From the NCBI GenBank assembly GCA_963666315.2, contig CAXXHG010000021.1, positions 32,001-96,000 on the forward strand: a DNA stretch of 64,000 nucleotides, read 5' to 3'. A model generated the notes under the pieces. That model had not been told where the DNA came from. It saw only the letters and a list, made by a program, of their open reading frames with translations, and ran no database searches. The DNA comes from Candidatus Binatia bacterium. Lineage in GTDB: Bacteria > Desulfobacterota > Binatia > Bin18. Position numbers and translations under genes: made by a program. Positions 1 through 10,506 of the stretch are shown one piece after another. Each line of letters opens with the position of its first letter. Positions within the stretch are counted from its first letter, which is position 1.

Positions 1-771
1 GGAGGGGTTTATTTTCATTAACCTCGCGCCCCAGCCCAATGAGACGCTGACAGAATACTTAGGCGAACTCGGAGAACGGCTGCACGGCTTTCCATTTGAC
101 CAATGCACCACGCGCTATACCTATCAGACCGAGGCCAAGGTGAGCTGGAAGGTAGCTGCAGACGCTTTTCAAGAAGGCTACCATGTGGCGTTTATTCACG
201 CCCGCTCCCTGCCAAGCTATGGCCCCAAGGAGAACCCGCTGGTGCACCTGCCCTGGGTGAAGCTGTATCGCGAGCCCCCGCAGTTTTTCGGTGGACGGCA
301 ATCCCGAGCCGACGCCGACGCCCTTCCAAGCCTTGGTGCATAAGCTGGGGCGCTCGTTTGATACCATGCTGTCGGCCTCGACTGATGACCAGCCACCGTA
401 ACTGAACCCGGGTAAAAATTCCGAATTGGGGTTTCGACATCAACGTCATTTTCCCCAATTTCTTTATAGATGTGCTCGACGGCATGTATTTTACCTATCA
501 CTTCTGGCCACTAGCCGTGGACCGCACCTTGTGGGAGTTTCGCCAATACTTTCCACCAGCTACCAGCGTAGAACAACGCTTCGGCCAGGAATATAGTAAG
601 TGCCTGTTTCGGGATGCTTTGCTGGAAGATCTAAGTACCCTCGAGCAAACACAAACGGCCCTGGCCACCCGCGGCAAAACACACTTTCTCTTACAGGACA
701 ATGAAGTGTGTGTCCGCCACGGGCATAAGGTGGTCGAAGATTATGTCGGCTTCTATTCCAACGAAGCCTAG
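1..771 (+). CDS. Rieske aromatic-ring-hydroxylating oxygenase alpha subunit, C-terminal catalytic domain (5'-truncated by window, frameshifted ~340-420)
   Basis: Frame 2 reads EGFIFINL...SWKVAADAFQEGYHVAFIH (NWK/ExYHxxxxH mononuclear iron motif); ORF 472..771 supplies EDxxxxExxQ and E.CVRH. Confidence 0.85.
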
Positions 772-837
772 GGACCGCGCAGCGGGGCCGTGCGAAAAGT
801 GCCCGACACACTCCGCACTCAACACACGAGGTAGAAC

Positions 838-1170
838 ATGAGATTGTTGCCGGAAGAGTTTGCAGACCTGGAGCCGTTGGCTGGGCATTGGGCCTTGGCC
901 ACGGAGACTGAGCGCAATCGCCAACGCCTTGCTAGTCCCATGTCCGAGGTACAGGCGCTGTACGACACCTTACTACCGCGCATGGAGGCTGTGCTGGGCT
1001 ACTTGGGCCAGTTTCCGCTGGATGCCCTGCCCGAAGACGCCGAGCGGTTATTTCGATTAACGTTGTCGCTGGCCGAGGTGGCGACCGCCGTAGAGAATTT
1101 TAAGCAGACGAGTGTGGTGGATGGCTACGACTGTGCGCGGCTAGAGTTTTGCCACGACCGAATGAATTGA
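838..1170 (+). CDS. Conserved hypothetical protein of the type found downstream of Rieske oxygenases
   Basis: RBS gaggt; LPEEFADLEP..WALATETER..RLAS.M.E...YD pattern recalled from such proteins. Confidence 0.7.
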   Translation: MRLLPEEFADLEPLAGHWALATETERNRQRLASPMSEVQALYDTLLPRMEAVLGYLGQFPLDALPEDAERLFRLTLSLAEVATAVENFKQTSVVDGYDCARLEFCHDRMN

Positions 1171-1364
1171 GCTGGACGTGACTCCAGGTGCTAGCCTGCG
1201 AGGATGTCAACGTATCGCATTCGGTCAGGGTGGTCCCATTCGGGTACGCCCGACAGTCACATCGAATCGTGAAGCCATAATAATGGCGCAGTATTCGGGG
1301 GAGCCAGGCGACAAGCCCGCAGCGCAGGGGTGGCCAAGAGTACCGGCTGGGCAAAAAGAGGGGG

Positions 1365-3190
1365 ATGAATATGCAATCGAAGTTACACAGGCATACCCTG
1401 GGAAGGTCAGTCATGCGGTTCACCGCGCTGCGGTATGTAATGGGGTGTCTTGGGTTGGGGCTGATGGTACTAGGCGGCGCGGAGGCAAGTTGGGCGGCAT
1501 CTTCTGTAGTCTCTGGCACAGTGACCGATACGCACGGGGTGCCCGTATCGGGTGCCATGATTACCGTACTTGGTCAGGGCCCGGGGCCGCGTTCCATTAG
1601 CGTGTTTTCCGACAAGACGGGTGTGTACCATACCCCGAGCCTCGGCTGGCAGGTGTCGACAGACACGCTGAGGCTGAAGTGCCAGAAGATCGGCTATCGG
1701 CAGGCCGCGCTCACCAACACATTCGCCGGCGAGGGCAGGGTCGGCGTCGATTGTACCCTGTCCGGAGTGGAGAATGTTGCTGATCAGGTGGCGCCCGCGG
1801 ACTGGTTAGCGCGCGGCCAGATAAGCGATGAGGCTGGCCGGCGTGATGCCCTGCTGTTGTGTGGCGACTGTCATGCCCTGCCGAGTAAGGAAGTCCAGAC
1901 CATTGCCGAGTCGTTTGAGTGGTTGACGGAAGACGAGCGCAAGCAGGCCTGGCGCGACATGGTGCACCAGATGCGAGAAGTGTTTATGCGCTTCTTTGAG
2001 GAGGAAGGAGGTCGCGGCTCAGTTGGGACAGGAGGCGGCCAAAAAGGCAGGAGAGACTTTTATTAATAACGCTGACGAGGAGCTGATTACCCCGTTTTTG
2101 ACCGCACATTATTCCGGTTAATTATGACGATTTTAGCCTGCGTGATTGGAAAGAATGCTGCCAGGGACCGCCCGTGGGAGTAAAGGGAACGGTCATCCGC
2201 GAGTACCAGTTGCCGGTGGACTATAAGAAGTGGACGCGTGAAGTCGTCGTGCCCAAAGGGTCACGCTACATCTGGGCCACGGACAAAACCGGTGATCGGT
2301 TGGTGCGCTTGGACCCCGACACAGGAGCGCTCAAGTGGGTACCCGTCAAGACCGAAAATCTAGGGGGGCCACACACCTTGCTTCCCGACGCTGAGGGCAA
2401 TATCTGGATCTCGCTTGAAGATGAGGGCACGTTTAGCGCGGTTCAACCCGCTGACCGAAGAAATGGAAAATCTGGCCGCCGTTTGTGGATGACAACGGCA
2501 TTGTCATGCTGACCCATGACCCCGCCCAAACCGCATGGCGCGAAGTGGGCTTCGACCCCCAGGGACGGGTGTGGATAACATTGATTAGTCACAACATGAT
2601 CGGAAGCGTGCACCCCGAGACCGGCGAGGTGAAAGCCTATCCTTTGCCCGCACCCAAGGGCCGAGCAGGTGCGACCGCATTTGTGTATGGCTCAGCCATG
2701 TCCTCGGACGGCAAGACGGTGTGGTGGTCGCAAATCCAGGGCAATCTGGGCTGGTTCAATACGCAGACGTTGGAGTCGGGCATTGCGTTAGAGTTTCCGC
2801 GCGGCACGGGTCCCCGGCGTATGGCTATCGACGACCAGGATGTATTGTGGGTGCCGCTGTATGGCGCGGGGCAGCTACTGGCCTATGACACCCAGGCGCG
2901 CAAGGAAGTCGGGCGGTACGATCTGCCTAACCGCAACGCCGCACCGTATGCTGTCACCTGGGACCCGCAACGGAAAGTCGTGTGGTGCGGCACCATGAAC
3001 GCCAACACCATTTACCCAGTTCAACCCGCGCACCAAAGGGTGGATACAATATCCCATGCCACGCGACGGGGCTCGTTTTCGTATGTTGACCCTTGACGGT
3101 GACGGCAACGTGTGGGGGACTTATGGCACGTTTCCCGGTCGGCTCGCCCGTCCGACCATGATAATGAAACTGGAGCCCGCGCCCACGATA
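1365..3190 (+). CDS. Exported carboxypeptidase-regulatory-like domain / c-type heme / Vgb-like beta-propeller protein (several frameshifts, 3' end lost at a junction)
   Basis: Signal peptide ending AEASWA; VSGTVTD..G.PV.GA domain; CGDCH; repeated GPH/GPR..D..G.vW blades across ORFs 1365..2066, 2174..2512, 2485..3096 and start of 3056. Confidence 0.75.
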
Positions 3191-3334
3191 CGTAACGTCA
3201 GGGTCGCAAGCTTCAAGGAAGAACGGTTGCGGAGCGACCACCTTCGAGTCCAAAATCCCTTGGAGTGGGAGCGTCTTGAGTCTCATTTTCTTAATTTGAC
3301 AATACCGCTGAAGACCTTGTTTGAGCCACCGTTG

Positions 3335-4425
3335 CAAGTCCTGAAACTATACCCGCCACCGCCCGACGTGGATGACGCCACAACGCCACAAACCGGGATC
3401 ACGGTATGGCAATTCCCCGAGTGGTTCATCACCCAGGATGTTTATGCTGAGGCAAGCCACGCCAGCGTGCGTTCACGAATGCTGGTTCATCGTCGAATCC
3501 TGACCAAGGGGAAATTTATTGACGACAGCAGGACAAAGCGAGCCGTGGTTCCGATCCGTTTCGTGCGGGCCTGCCGCAGCGGACACACGGGAGACATTGG
3601 CTGGTATGACTTCGTACACGGAGACGAAACCGACTGTCATCGGCAGCTCTGGATCGAAGAGCGCGGTACAACGGGTGATCTATCGGAAGTATGGGTCCGA
3701 TGCGAATGCGGCAAGGGCGAGCGTGACATGCTTCAGGCATCCATGAAGACACTGGGTCCTTGCGATGGCAGTCGCCCCTGGCTGGGTCCGTACACCAAGG
3801 AGAAGTGCGGAGAGCCGAATCGATTGCTGATCCGTACAGCCAGCAACGCTTACTTCTCACAACTCATGAGTGTAATCTCGTTGCCGGACCGGAACGAATC
3901 TGTCCGTGAAGCGTGGAGAGGGTTTGGGATTTCATCGGCGAGGTCGAAGACCTCGACATGCTCCGGTACGAACGGAAGAAGGCAAAGGTCCGGACCGGGC
4001 TCTATGGCTTTTCGGACGAGGAAGTCTTTGAGGAGGTGAAAGTACGTCGCGGCCAATCTCCCCAACAGACTAAGACGATCAAGCAGGCGGAGATGGAAAC
4101 GCTGGGTGCCGCCAAGACGGAACTTGGCGACGACCGGTCGGATGGGAACTTTCACGCTCGGACGCTGCCTGAATCGGCGTGGCATTCTTCTGAATGGATG
4201 AAGCCCATCGAACGAGTTGTGCTAGTTCATCGCCTCCGCGAAGTAATCGCTCAAGTGGGCTTCACGCGGTTTGAGGCAATCTCGCCGGATATTGACGGTG
4301 AGTTGGAGGTGGGCGTGCGGCGTGCATCACTCGCCCGCGAAATCTCATGGTTGCCAGCTATCGAGAATCGCGGCGAAGGAATTTTTCTCCAGTTTAGCAA
4401 AGAGGCTGTTCAGAGGTGGCGTAGT
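3335..4425 (+). pseudogene. drmB: DISARM DrmB-like (DUF1998 family) protein, internal fragment
   Basis: FPEWF...PIRFVRACRSGH..D..W...VH...CECG...C.G.RPWLG...RTASNAYF and VHRLREVIAQVGFTR...WLPAIENRGEGIF; one frameshift ~3913; both ends missing. Confidence 0.8.
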
Positions 4426-4796
4426 CAGCCCATTTTACAATGCGCTGCGCCTGATGAGACCTGTTTGCTGTGGATTCTTCACATAATGGCACTCGTCGGT
4501 GACGGTCAGATCGACTTGGCAAGAGGTGACCGGCCGTGATCCGATACTGCTAGCACCACGGTGAGGCGTTGCCAGCTAGGGATTGAAGGCGTTACTATCG
4601 GGGCCAATACCGTCTGCTTTACTGGAGAAGACGAAAAAGGCAAGAACCTGAGTACAACGGTCTTCGGGCCAAAGCAGAACCTCGCCTTTTGGGAGAAGGT
4701 CTTCCAGACAGGCAAGGCGCCGACGGGCATTCAAATCCTGGCGCAGCCATTAGATCTGAACCAGATGATCCAAGCACGGGGAGAAGGAGATTAATC

Positions 4797-5330
4797 GTGA
4801 AGCGTCTCCCTCACGGACGTGAAGTTGACCCAGGCTCTCCGGTCTGTTCAGGCCGCGGTCAAAGAGGCCTTGATAGGACTGAATGAGGCCGCCGCTCAAG
4901 TGATGGCCCAGGGAGACTACGTAGTGGCGACGACCTTGGCAGCCAAGGGACAGGAGATCCAGCAGTTCCGCGCCGAGGTGGACGCCCTTCGTGACCGATG
5001 GCGAGCAGTGCGTGGTGCGGGTGCAGATGAGGCGAAGGCGTCGGCGACGCCCTGTGGGCCTACTACCAGCCCATCCTGAAGGCTCTATCCGAGGCTGATG
5101 GTGAGGCGAGCCGAGCCGATCTGGAGACGAAGGTCGAGCGGTTGCTGGGCGACACCGGGAAGCCTGGAGATCGGGAGCGAATGGCGCGGGGCCAGGAGCG
5201 ATGGCAGGTCATGATCCGGCGCGCCCGTAAACATTTCGTCACCGAAGGCTGGATCGAGGCGGACACGGGCAAGGTATGGAAAATTACGGACGCGGGCCGC
5301 CGGGCCGCGGAGAAGCCACTCGAGCCATGA
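4797..5330 (+). pseudogene. Coiled-coil plus Mrr N-terminal winged-helix protein, no nuclease domain (frameshifted)
   Basis: Joined frames read TP.WAYYQPILKALSEADGEA...RW.....AR...V.EG.IE....VWKITDAGR. Confidence 0.7.
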
Positions 5331-5655
5331 AGGACTGTCACCTCTCCCCGCTGATCCCACGAAACAAAGTCGGTGATATCGGCGTAGGCGATCCGCTCGC
5401 ATTCGCGCAGCACTTCAGTCGCCTCGACGCGGAGACGAGCCTCGATAGGGGCAATTTCCTGCTTCATTGCCGCCTGTACCTTAGCCAGGGTTAACAGCCG
5501 CGATGCAGGACCGTCGCTGTCTTGGCGCTGTAGCCGGCTTTGATTGCCGCTTGAGTCCCGTTCGGGTTCTTAACGTTTTCCAGCACAAAGCGGCGTTGCC
5601 GTAGGGTGAGAGGATCGGATGCCCGAATGGTATCTGGGGTGTCTCTGTCAGCCAT
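5330..5655 (-). pseudogene. Phage terminase small subunit fragment
   Basis: LTLRQRRFVLE...NGTQAAIKAGYSAKTA then, after a frameshift, VLRECERIAYADITDF. Confidence 0.8.
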
Positions 5656-6164
5656 GCTGGTCAGTATAGTCCAGCGAAAGTTACAAAAAAACGGGATTTT
5701 GGAGGTATCGGCCATGTAGCCGTAGGCAGCGTATACTCCGAGCGAGAGCACCGTACTTATCTGTGTTTGCTTCGGTGAGTCCGATCCCATTGCGAAGGCC
5801 GGAGAACCGGGTTCACGCAACTTTGCGTGTGTCTCCGTAAATTGTGACAGCGCTTGGTCTCCTTTGCACTTTGTGGACAGTTTGCAGTCATGGTTTCCGA
5901 ACCATTGAACCTCGATACCAACTGTTGTAGTGCCTTTATATGATGACGTGTAAATGATGACTTGAGTATTTCCGCCGTGGGCGGATTCGCCATGTCGTGT
6001 CGACTCAGAGATCGAATGAGTGGAAGCGGCGATGTCTCATGACACCGTTGATAGCCATCGCTGTCGAAGTATGTCGGTTCGTCTCGATTGATCAATATAG
6101 GACGAACTGTTCGTGCTGAAGGAGCTTAGAAACCCCTCATTCTGTTAGACTTTGGACGCTTGCC

Positions 6165-6447
6165 ATAGGCCAGCATCAATCTTCTCATCGGTAAACAGCT
6201 AGAGCCGAAAACCGGCGTCGTCCGGAAACCCGCCTATTTCTATGGCAAGGCGCCAATCCAATCTGTGAACCTGCGGGCACCCCCTACGTAGGCAACTTGG
6301 TATCGCACGTGCCATGTTCTGCGTCTCGGCTTCCAAACCGAGGCCCTGCTGCCTGATTTTGTCATTGATCGCTCCGGTTAGACCCGAGACTTGATCGTGA
6401 TGGCGTACGATATGGCCGGTTTGTCGGAGCATGGAGCGTCCGCTTAG
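6165..6447 (+). pseudogene. GNAT acetyltransferase C-terminal remnant
   Basis: LGFQTEALLPDFVIDRSG*TRDLIVMAYDM; in-frame TAG at 6289 and 6379. Confidence 0.45.
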
Positions 6448-7935
6448 ACGCTGGTGCTAGACTGAGTGCTGGGAAGAGCCTCATGAGGCCGCGTTGTCAT
6501 GCGAAGTTGGGCTTGCGGAACGCTGAGAGAATTGTTTTGCTGCTGACGGAGCTCGCTGAACGATGCTCGTAGGCACTCGATATAGGTCCACACGTCCGGC
6601 ATGAGTTGGGGATCAACGGTGACGCCTATGGTGAGCTTTTGATTATAGCTCGCAATAGCATGGAACAATCCTATATTTGCGGCTAATGGACCCATGGAAA
6701 AAAGGCGGTGCCTCTTATGCCCGGCGAGGTAGAGCGGAATCTGGGGGCCGGGGATATTCATCACCACGGTATTGGCAAGAGTCATTGGGGATGGCATGTG
6801 TCCGACCAGAGCCTGCCAGGCCGGTGGGACCCAATTATACACAGACTTGATGGCATGAAAGGTACCGGCCTGATCTTGCTCTTGTAGTTCTTCGCTTGCC
6901 GCCTTCTGGCAGCGAGACGTAGGATGGGGTCTGTAATCCCAATATAGAGCGGATCAGCATAGTTGAGGTGCGGTCCGCAGGCTGCGCGTTACGGTGATTC
7001 CGCGGCTCATGGCGTTTGAGGTTCATTGGACACGCGGTGCGCAGCTCAACGCCGTCGATTTTCTGTCCCTTGGCTTGTAGATAGGGTCCTAGCCCGCCGG
7101 CAATAATGGCCAGGACTACATCATTGACCGTGCCTCTCAGGACAGAGCGAATAAAACGGACCTCTGCGTACGACAGCTCAAGCCAGGCAAGTTGGCGTTG
7201 GCCTGACAGCGATGTATTAAATGGGGTCGATGGCACCTGCTGCAAGAGCGTTGGAATGACGTTGATGACGGCGTTGGCCATGCGCTTGGAATAGATGCCC
7301 TGCGCGGCAGGACGCAGCAGACGAAAGCTCATGTCGGCCCAGCGCTGAGCCACTTCTGTAACACGGTCTCGAAATGCCTCTTGGAGTAATGAGAGTGTGT
7401 CCGCTAGAGGTTCTGCCTGCCATGTTCCCGTCCGCTGCTGTGCGGGTTCTCCATCCGGCTTGATGTCGTGCAGGACCAGCATAAGGTCAATTCCCGAGAC
7501 ACCCTCAAGCATGGCTTGGTGGACGAGTGCCATGACCATGGTATTCCCGTCAGGGCGTCCGTGCATAAGAATCAGCTTCCAAAGCGGGCGCCTTCTGTCG
7601 AGCGGGGAGGCAAAGAGCTGCCCGCACACCTGAGACAGCACGCTGTCATCGGCTGGGTCGGGCAGGCTGACTTCTTCGATATGGTGGGCGAGATCGAAGG
7701 TGGGGTCATCTTCCCAGGTAGGATGGGCAATACCGAGCGGAGAGAAGACGACCTTCCGGCGGTACTGCGGCAAGCGGTGCAAGCGACTTTCGATCAGGTG
7801 CAACAGCGTATCTCGGGACAGATGGCCTTCGTATAAGCTACAGCCGCCGATGTGCATGGCAGCATCCGGCTTCTCGCTATACAGGAAAGCGGCTTCGGTC
7901 TGGGTCAGCCGTCGTCTTATAAATGTTTGTGCCAT
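6444..7935 (-). CDS. Wax ester synthase / diacylglycerol acyltransferase (WS/DGAT) family protein, frameshifted ~6840-6960
   Basis: FLYSE....MHIG, HPTWEDDPTFDLAHH, PLDRRRPLW, GTVNDVVLA, N.V..NIPGP..PLYLAG; active-site motif reads HQAMLEG. Confidence 0.85.
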
Positions 7936-7963
7936 GTCTGATTAGTGAGAAGATTTGGGTGTG

Positions 7964-7988
7964 AAAAAAAAGAGGGGCGCAGGCCCCT
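7964..7988 (-). terminator. Rho-independent terminator
   Basis: Minus strand aggggc-ctgc-gcccct followed by c and T8. Confidence 0.65.
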
Positions 7989-8037
7989 GGGGGGCTATAT
8001 TCCTACTTGTTATGATTAGGCGGCGATGCGTTTGATG

Positions 8038-8478
8038 CTAGACGTTGATTTTTTTGGCTCCGGAGAGCTGTCTTGTACGACCGGAGTTGCCCTGAGCGCA
8101 GTGGTTTTCCTCTCGGAGTGCCCGGATCTCTGCCTGTAGGGCCTTAGTGTCTGCACGAGACGGGAGGAGTCCGGCCGCCTGGGCGAGCCCGGTCAGCACG
8201 GTTTTTGTAAACGCGTTCCCCACCTGTTGCCAGCGCAGGAAACCCTCAAGCGAACGTGCGGTCGTCTGTGCAAACAGTGGCATACGATACCAGCCATCAA
8301 CCGTGCGTGAGGCGAGTCTGACCATAGCATCGTAGCCAGTCCAGGCTGTCGCCGTAGTTTCTTTTTCATTTCCGAAGCCCAAACCCCAACGCGTGCCTGC
8401 CATGGGCAGATCGAAGAGGAGAGCCTTATAGGCGATCATGGCATAGGACATATTATTTACAGTATCTTTTTCTAACAT
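8038..8478 (-). CDS. Hypothetical protein with PhaE-like C-terminus
   Basis: RBS aaagga; LPSRADTKALQAEIRALREE resembles PhaE LPTRSE.......LR.E; 3' end may be frameshifted (alternative frame ends IKRIAA). Confidence 0.5.
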   Translation of the reverse strand: MLEKDTVNNMSYAMIAYKALLFDLPMAGTRWGLGFGNEKETTATAWTGYDAMVRLASRTVDGWYRMPLFAQTTARSLEGFLRWQQVGNAFTKTVLTGLAQAAGLLPSRADTKALQAEIRALREENHCAQGNSGRTRQLSGAKKINV

Positions 8479-8749
8479 TACCGTTTTCCTTTCAGCGTCT
8501 CGTCAGCGTCTTGTATTGACGCTCTCTAGTCTAGAATGATTGCCTTTTGTGGCCAAGAAAATAATCGTCACCTAAGTGACTCAAATGTACTTTCAGTCCT
8601 GACTGTGTGTATTTTTTGTCTCCTTTGTGACAGTTGTGTGAACATGTTGTGAAAAGGGTAGGTTGAGAATTTCTGCAGCGGCAATTCGAATACCGTTTCT
8701 TATCCGCCACTGGACAGACGTTGCCACCGCGCGGCGGACCCTCTATATA

Positions 8750-9045
8750 AGAATGACAAGAACGACAAGAACGAAAGGAGTAGGGAAAAAGGGAGACTCC
8801 AAACGACGCAGGAGTAAATGGTTCAAGAACTTTGGGATCGAGAACACATCATTTTCCAAGGGCTGGGTAAAATCTGACGGACTGGGAAAATGAGAGACTA
8901 GAGAAAAATAGGTTCCAGTGTAGCAAAGAGACCAAAGCGCAATCCGTGTGTTCATAACAAGGCAGAGGGACTTTGCGCTGTAGAAGAATGGTTAAGAAAA
9001 ACGAGCTTGAGAAAGCTGAGAAAGTCTAGAATGTCTATAATGTCA
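8750..9045. repeat. Two degenerate 9-bp-period tandem repeat tracts (8750-8776 and ~9000-9045)
   Basis: ataagaatg-acaagaacg-acaagaacg and gagaaagct-gagaaagtc-tagaatgtc-tataatgtc. Confidence 0.5.
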
Positions 9046-9065
9046 CGGCAGAAAGGAGAAAACAG

Positions 9066-9356
9066 ATGAAGCGTTGGACAACAGTTCTGGCAGGTGCCAT
9101 GATCGTAGGACTCGCGGGTGCTCCGATGGGAGTATACGCAGACCACCATGAGGGAGGTCATGGCGATAGTGACGGCGCAGTGCAGGCCGATGCGAATGCC
9201 GGTGAGGCAGCCGAGAAGATGGCAGATGAGGCCAAAGAAGAAGCTGCTTCAATGGAAGAAAAGGCCGAAGCAAGTGCCACTGATGCAGTGGGGGAAATGG
9301 AAGGCGAGGCCAAAGAAGCCATGCCTGAGGGCGGCCACAGCGAAGGATCGCATTAA
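9066..9356 (+). CDS. Secreted acidic Ala/Glu-rich low-complexity protein
   Basis: RBS aaaggag; signal peptide ending VYA; His/Gly-rich ends. Confidence 0.8.
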   Translation: MKRWTTVLAGAMIVGLAGAPMGVYADHHEGGHGDSDGAVQADANAGEAAEKMADEAKEEAASMEEKAEASATDAVGEMEGEAKEAMPEGGHSEGSH

Positions 9357-9379
9357 GCCGCGTACACGTGGGGTTCCCC

Positions 9380-9400
9380 AGAAGCGGGAGCCCCGCTTCT
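9380..9400 (+). terminator. Stem-loop downstream of the secreted protein
   Basis: agaagcggg-agc-cccgcttct, perfect 9-bp stem. Confidence 0.45.
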
Positions 9401-9503
9401 CACCTTAGTACCACTACATTGTTAGATTCGTTGCCATAAATCGGCCCACAAAGGCGAAAAATACCTTTCCCCTGCCTTGTTCTGCTGCTAGGCTAGAATA
9501 CAC

Positions 9504-9839
9504 ATGCAAGCAGGGAGAAGGGCAGTGGAGCATACTCCGTTTAGCGACGCGTTCTTTTCGGATGTCACCTCCGCGGACATCCAGCGTGAGAAGAACCGTG
9601 CTCGCGAACTGCGTCGATCTGCCTGGTGGAAGCGCAAACGTGCCAGTGGGGTGTGCTACTACTGTCAGCAGCAATTCTCGCCCACTAAACTCACGATGGA
9701 TCATTTGATTCCGCTTGCACGCGGTGGGAAGTCGACCAAGGGCAATCTTGTGGCCGCGTGTAAGACCTGTAACAGTAAAAAAAAATACGCCCTGCCGTGG
9801 GAGTGGGAGATGGAGAAAACGTCTCCCTCATCTTCCTAA
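9504..9839 (+). CDS. HNH endonuclease
   Basis: CYYC...DHLIPLARGG....NLVAACKTCNSKK. Confidence 0.9.
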   Translation: MQAGRRAVEHTPFSDAFFSDVTSADIQREKNRARELRRSAWWKRKRASGVCYYCQQQFSPTKLTMDHLIPLARGGKSTKGNLVAACKTCNSKKKYALPWEWEMEKTSPSSS

Positions 9840-9865
9840 GAGGTATTTTTGACTTCCCAAGCCGT

Positions 9866-10437
9866 CTAATTTTCTTTCAATAACCCTTTCTTGTGGGCAT
9901 AATCTCTGAGCGCTTGGTGTAGTAAGCGGCGCGCGCGGGACAGCTGAGAGCTTTGGCCGCTTCTTGGTAGGTGCACTCCTCAATATCAACCAGGAGCAGA
10001 GTTGATCGATATTCTTCTGGGAGAGCTCGGAGGGCATCTGCGATTTCCCCATCCAAGAGGCGAGCGAGGATAATCTCGGCCAGATCGTCCTGATCTGCCT
10101 CGCCGACAGATATCAGTTTGCGTTTATAATGGTATTGCGCAGTGTCAAAATCGATCATGTGGCCCGCCCGGACGCGCTGGGCATAGCGGTTCCGAAAGGC
10201 ATTATACATGATGGTCAGCAGCCAGGCCCGACAGTTTGTGCCTGGCGTGAACTGGTGGAAAAAGCGAAACGCGCGCAGGAATGTTTCTTGGAACAGGTCG
10301 GCCGCGTCGTCTGGATTCCGCGTCAGGGACAGGCAGGCCGTATACAGATGATCCTTATGCGGAAGCGCCCACTGCTCGAAGAGAGCGTGTTTCTCCTTCT
10401 CCTCTTTGCTGTGGGCCATGCACGACACCGGTACCAC
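9866..10437 (-). CDS. ECF sigma-70 factor (SigH/SigR-like) with damaged region 4.2
   Basis: DAADLFQETFLRAFR..F.PGTN.RAWL..I..N; LP.EYR..LLLVD...Y.E.A; true C-terminus SRARRLLHQALRDYA lies in another frame. Confidence 0.85.
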
Positions 10438-10506
10438 AAACCTCGGGGGAGAGCATCCCCGGTAGGACCGCCTCAGGTAAGAATAAATTCTAAAATGAAG
10501 ACATTC

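Noticed and set aside
3056-4039. Novel 327-aa propeller-DrmB fusion protein
   Set aside because: It joins three unrelated fragments across abrupt junctions; best read as a scar or chimera
3335-4425. Functional DISARM system
   Set aside because: Only an internal drmB fragment is present; no drmA, drmC, drmD/E or methylase
5330-5655. Prophage
   Set aside because: Only a broken terminase small subunit; no integrase, large terminase or structural genes
5757-5830. SRP or other ncRNA
   Set aside because: Some pairing potential but no SRP core or other recognisable conserved motif
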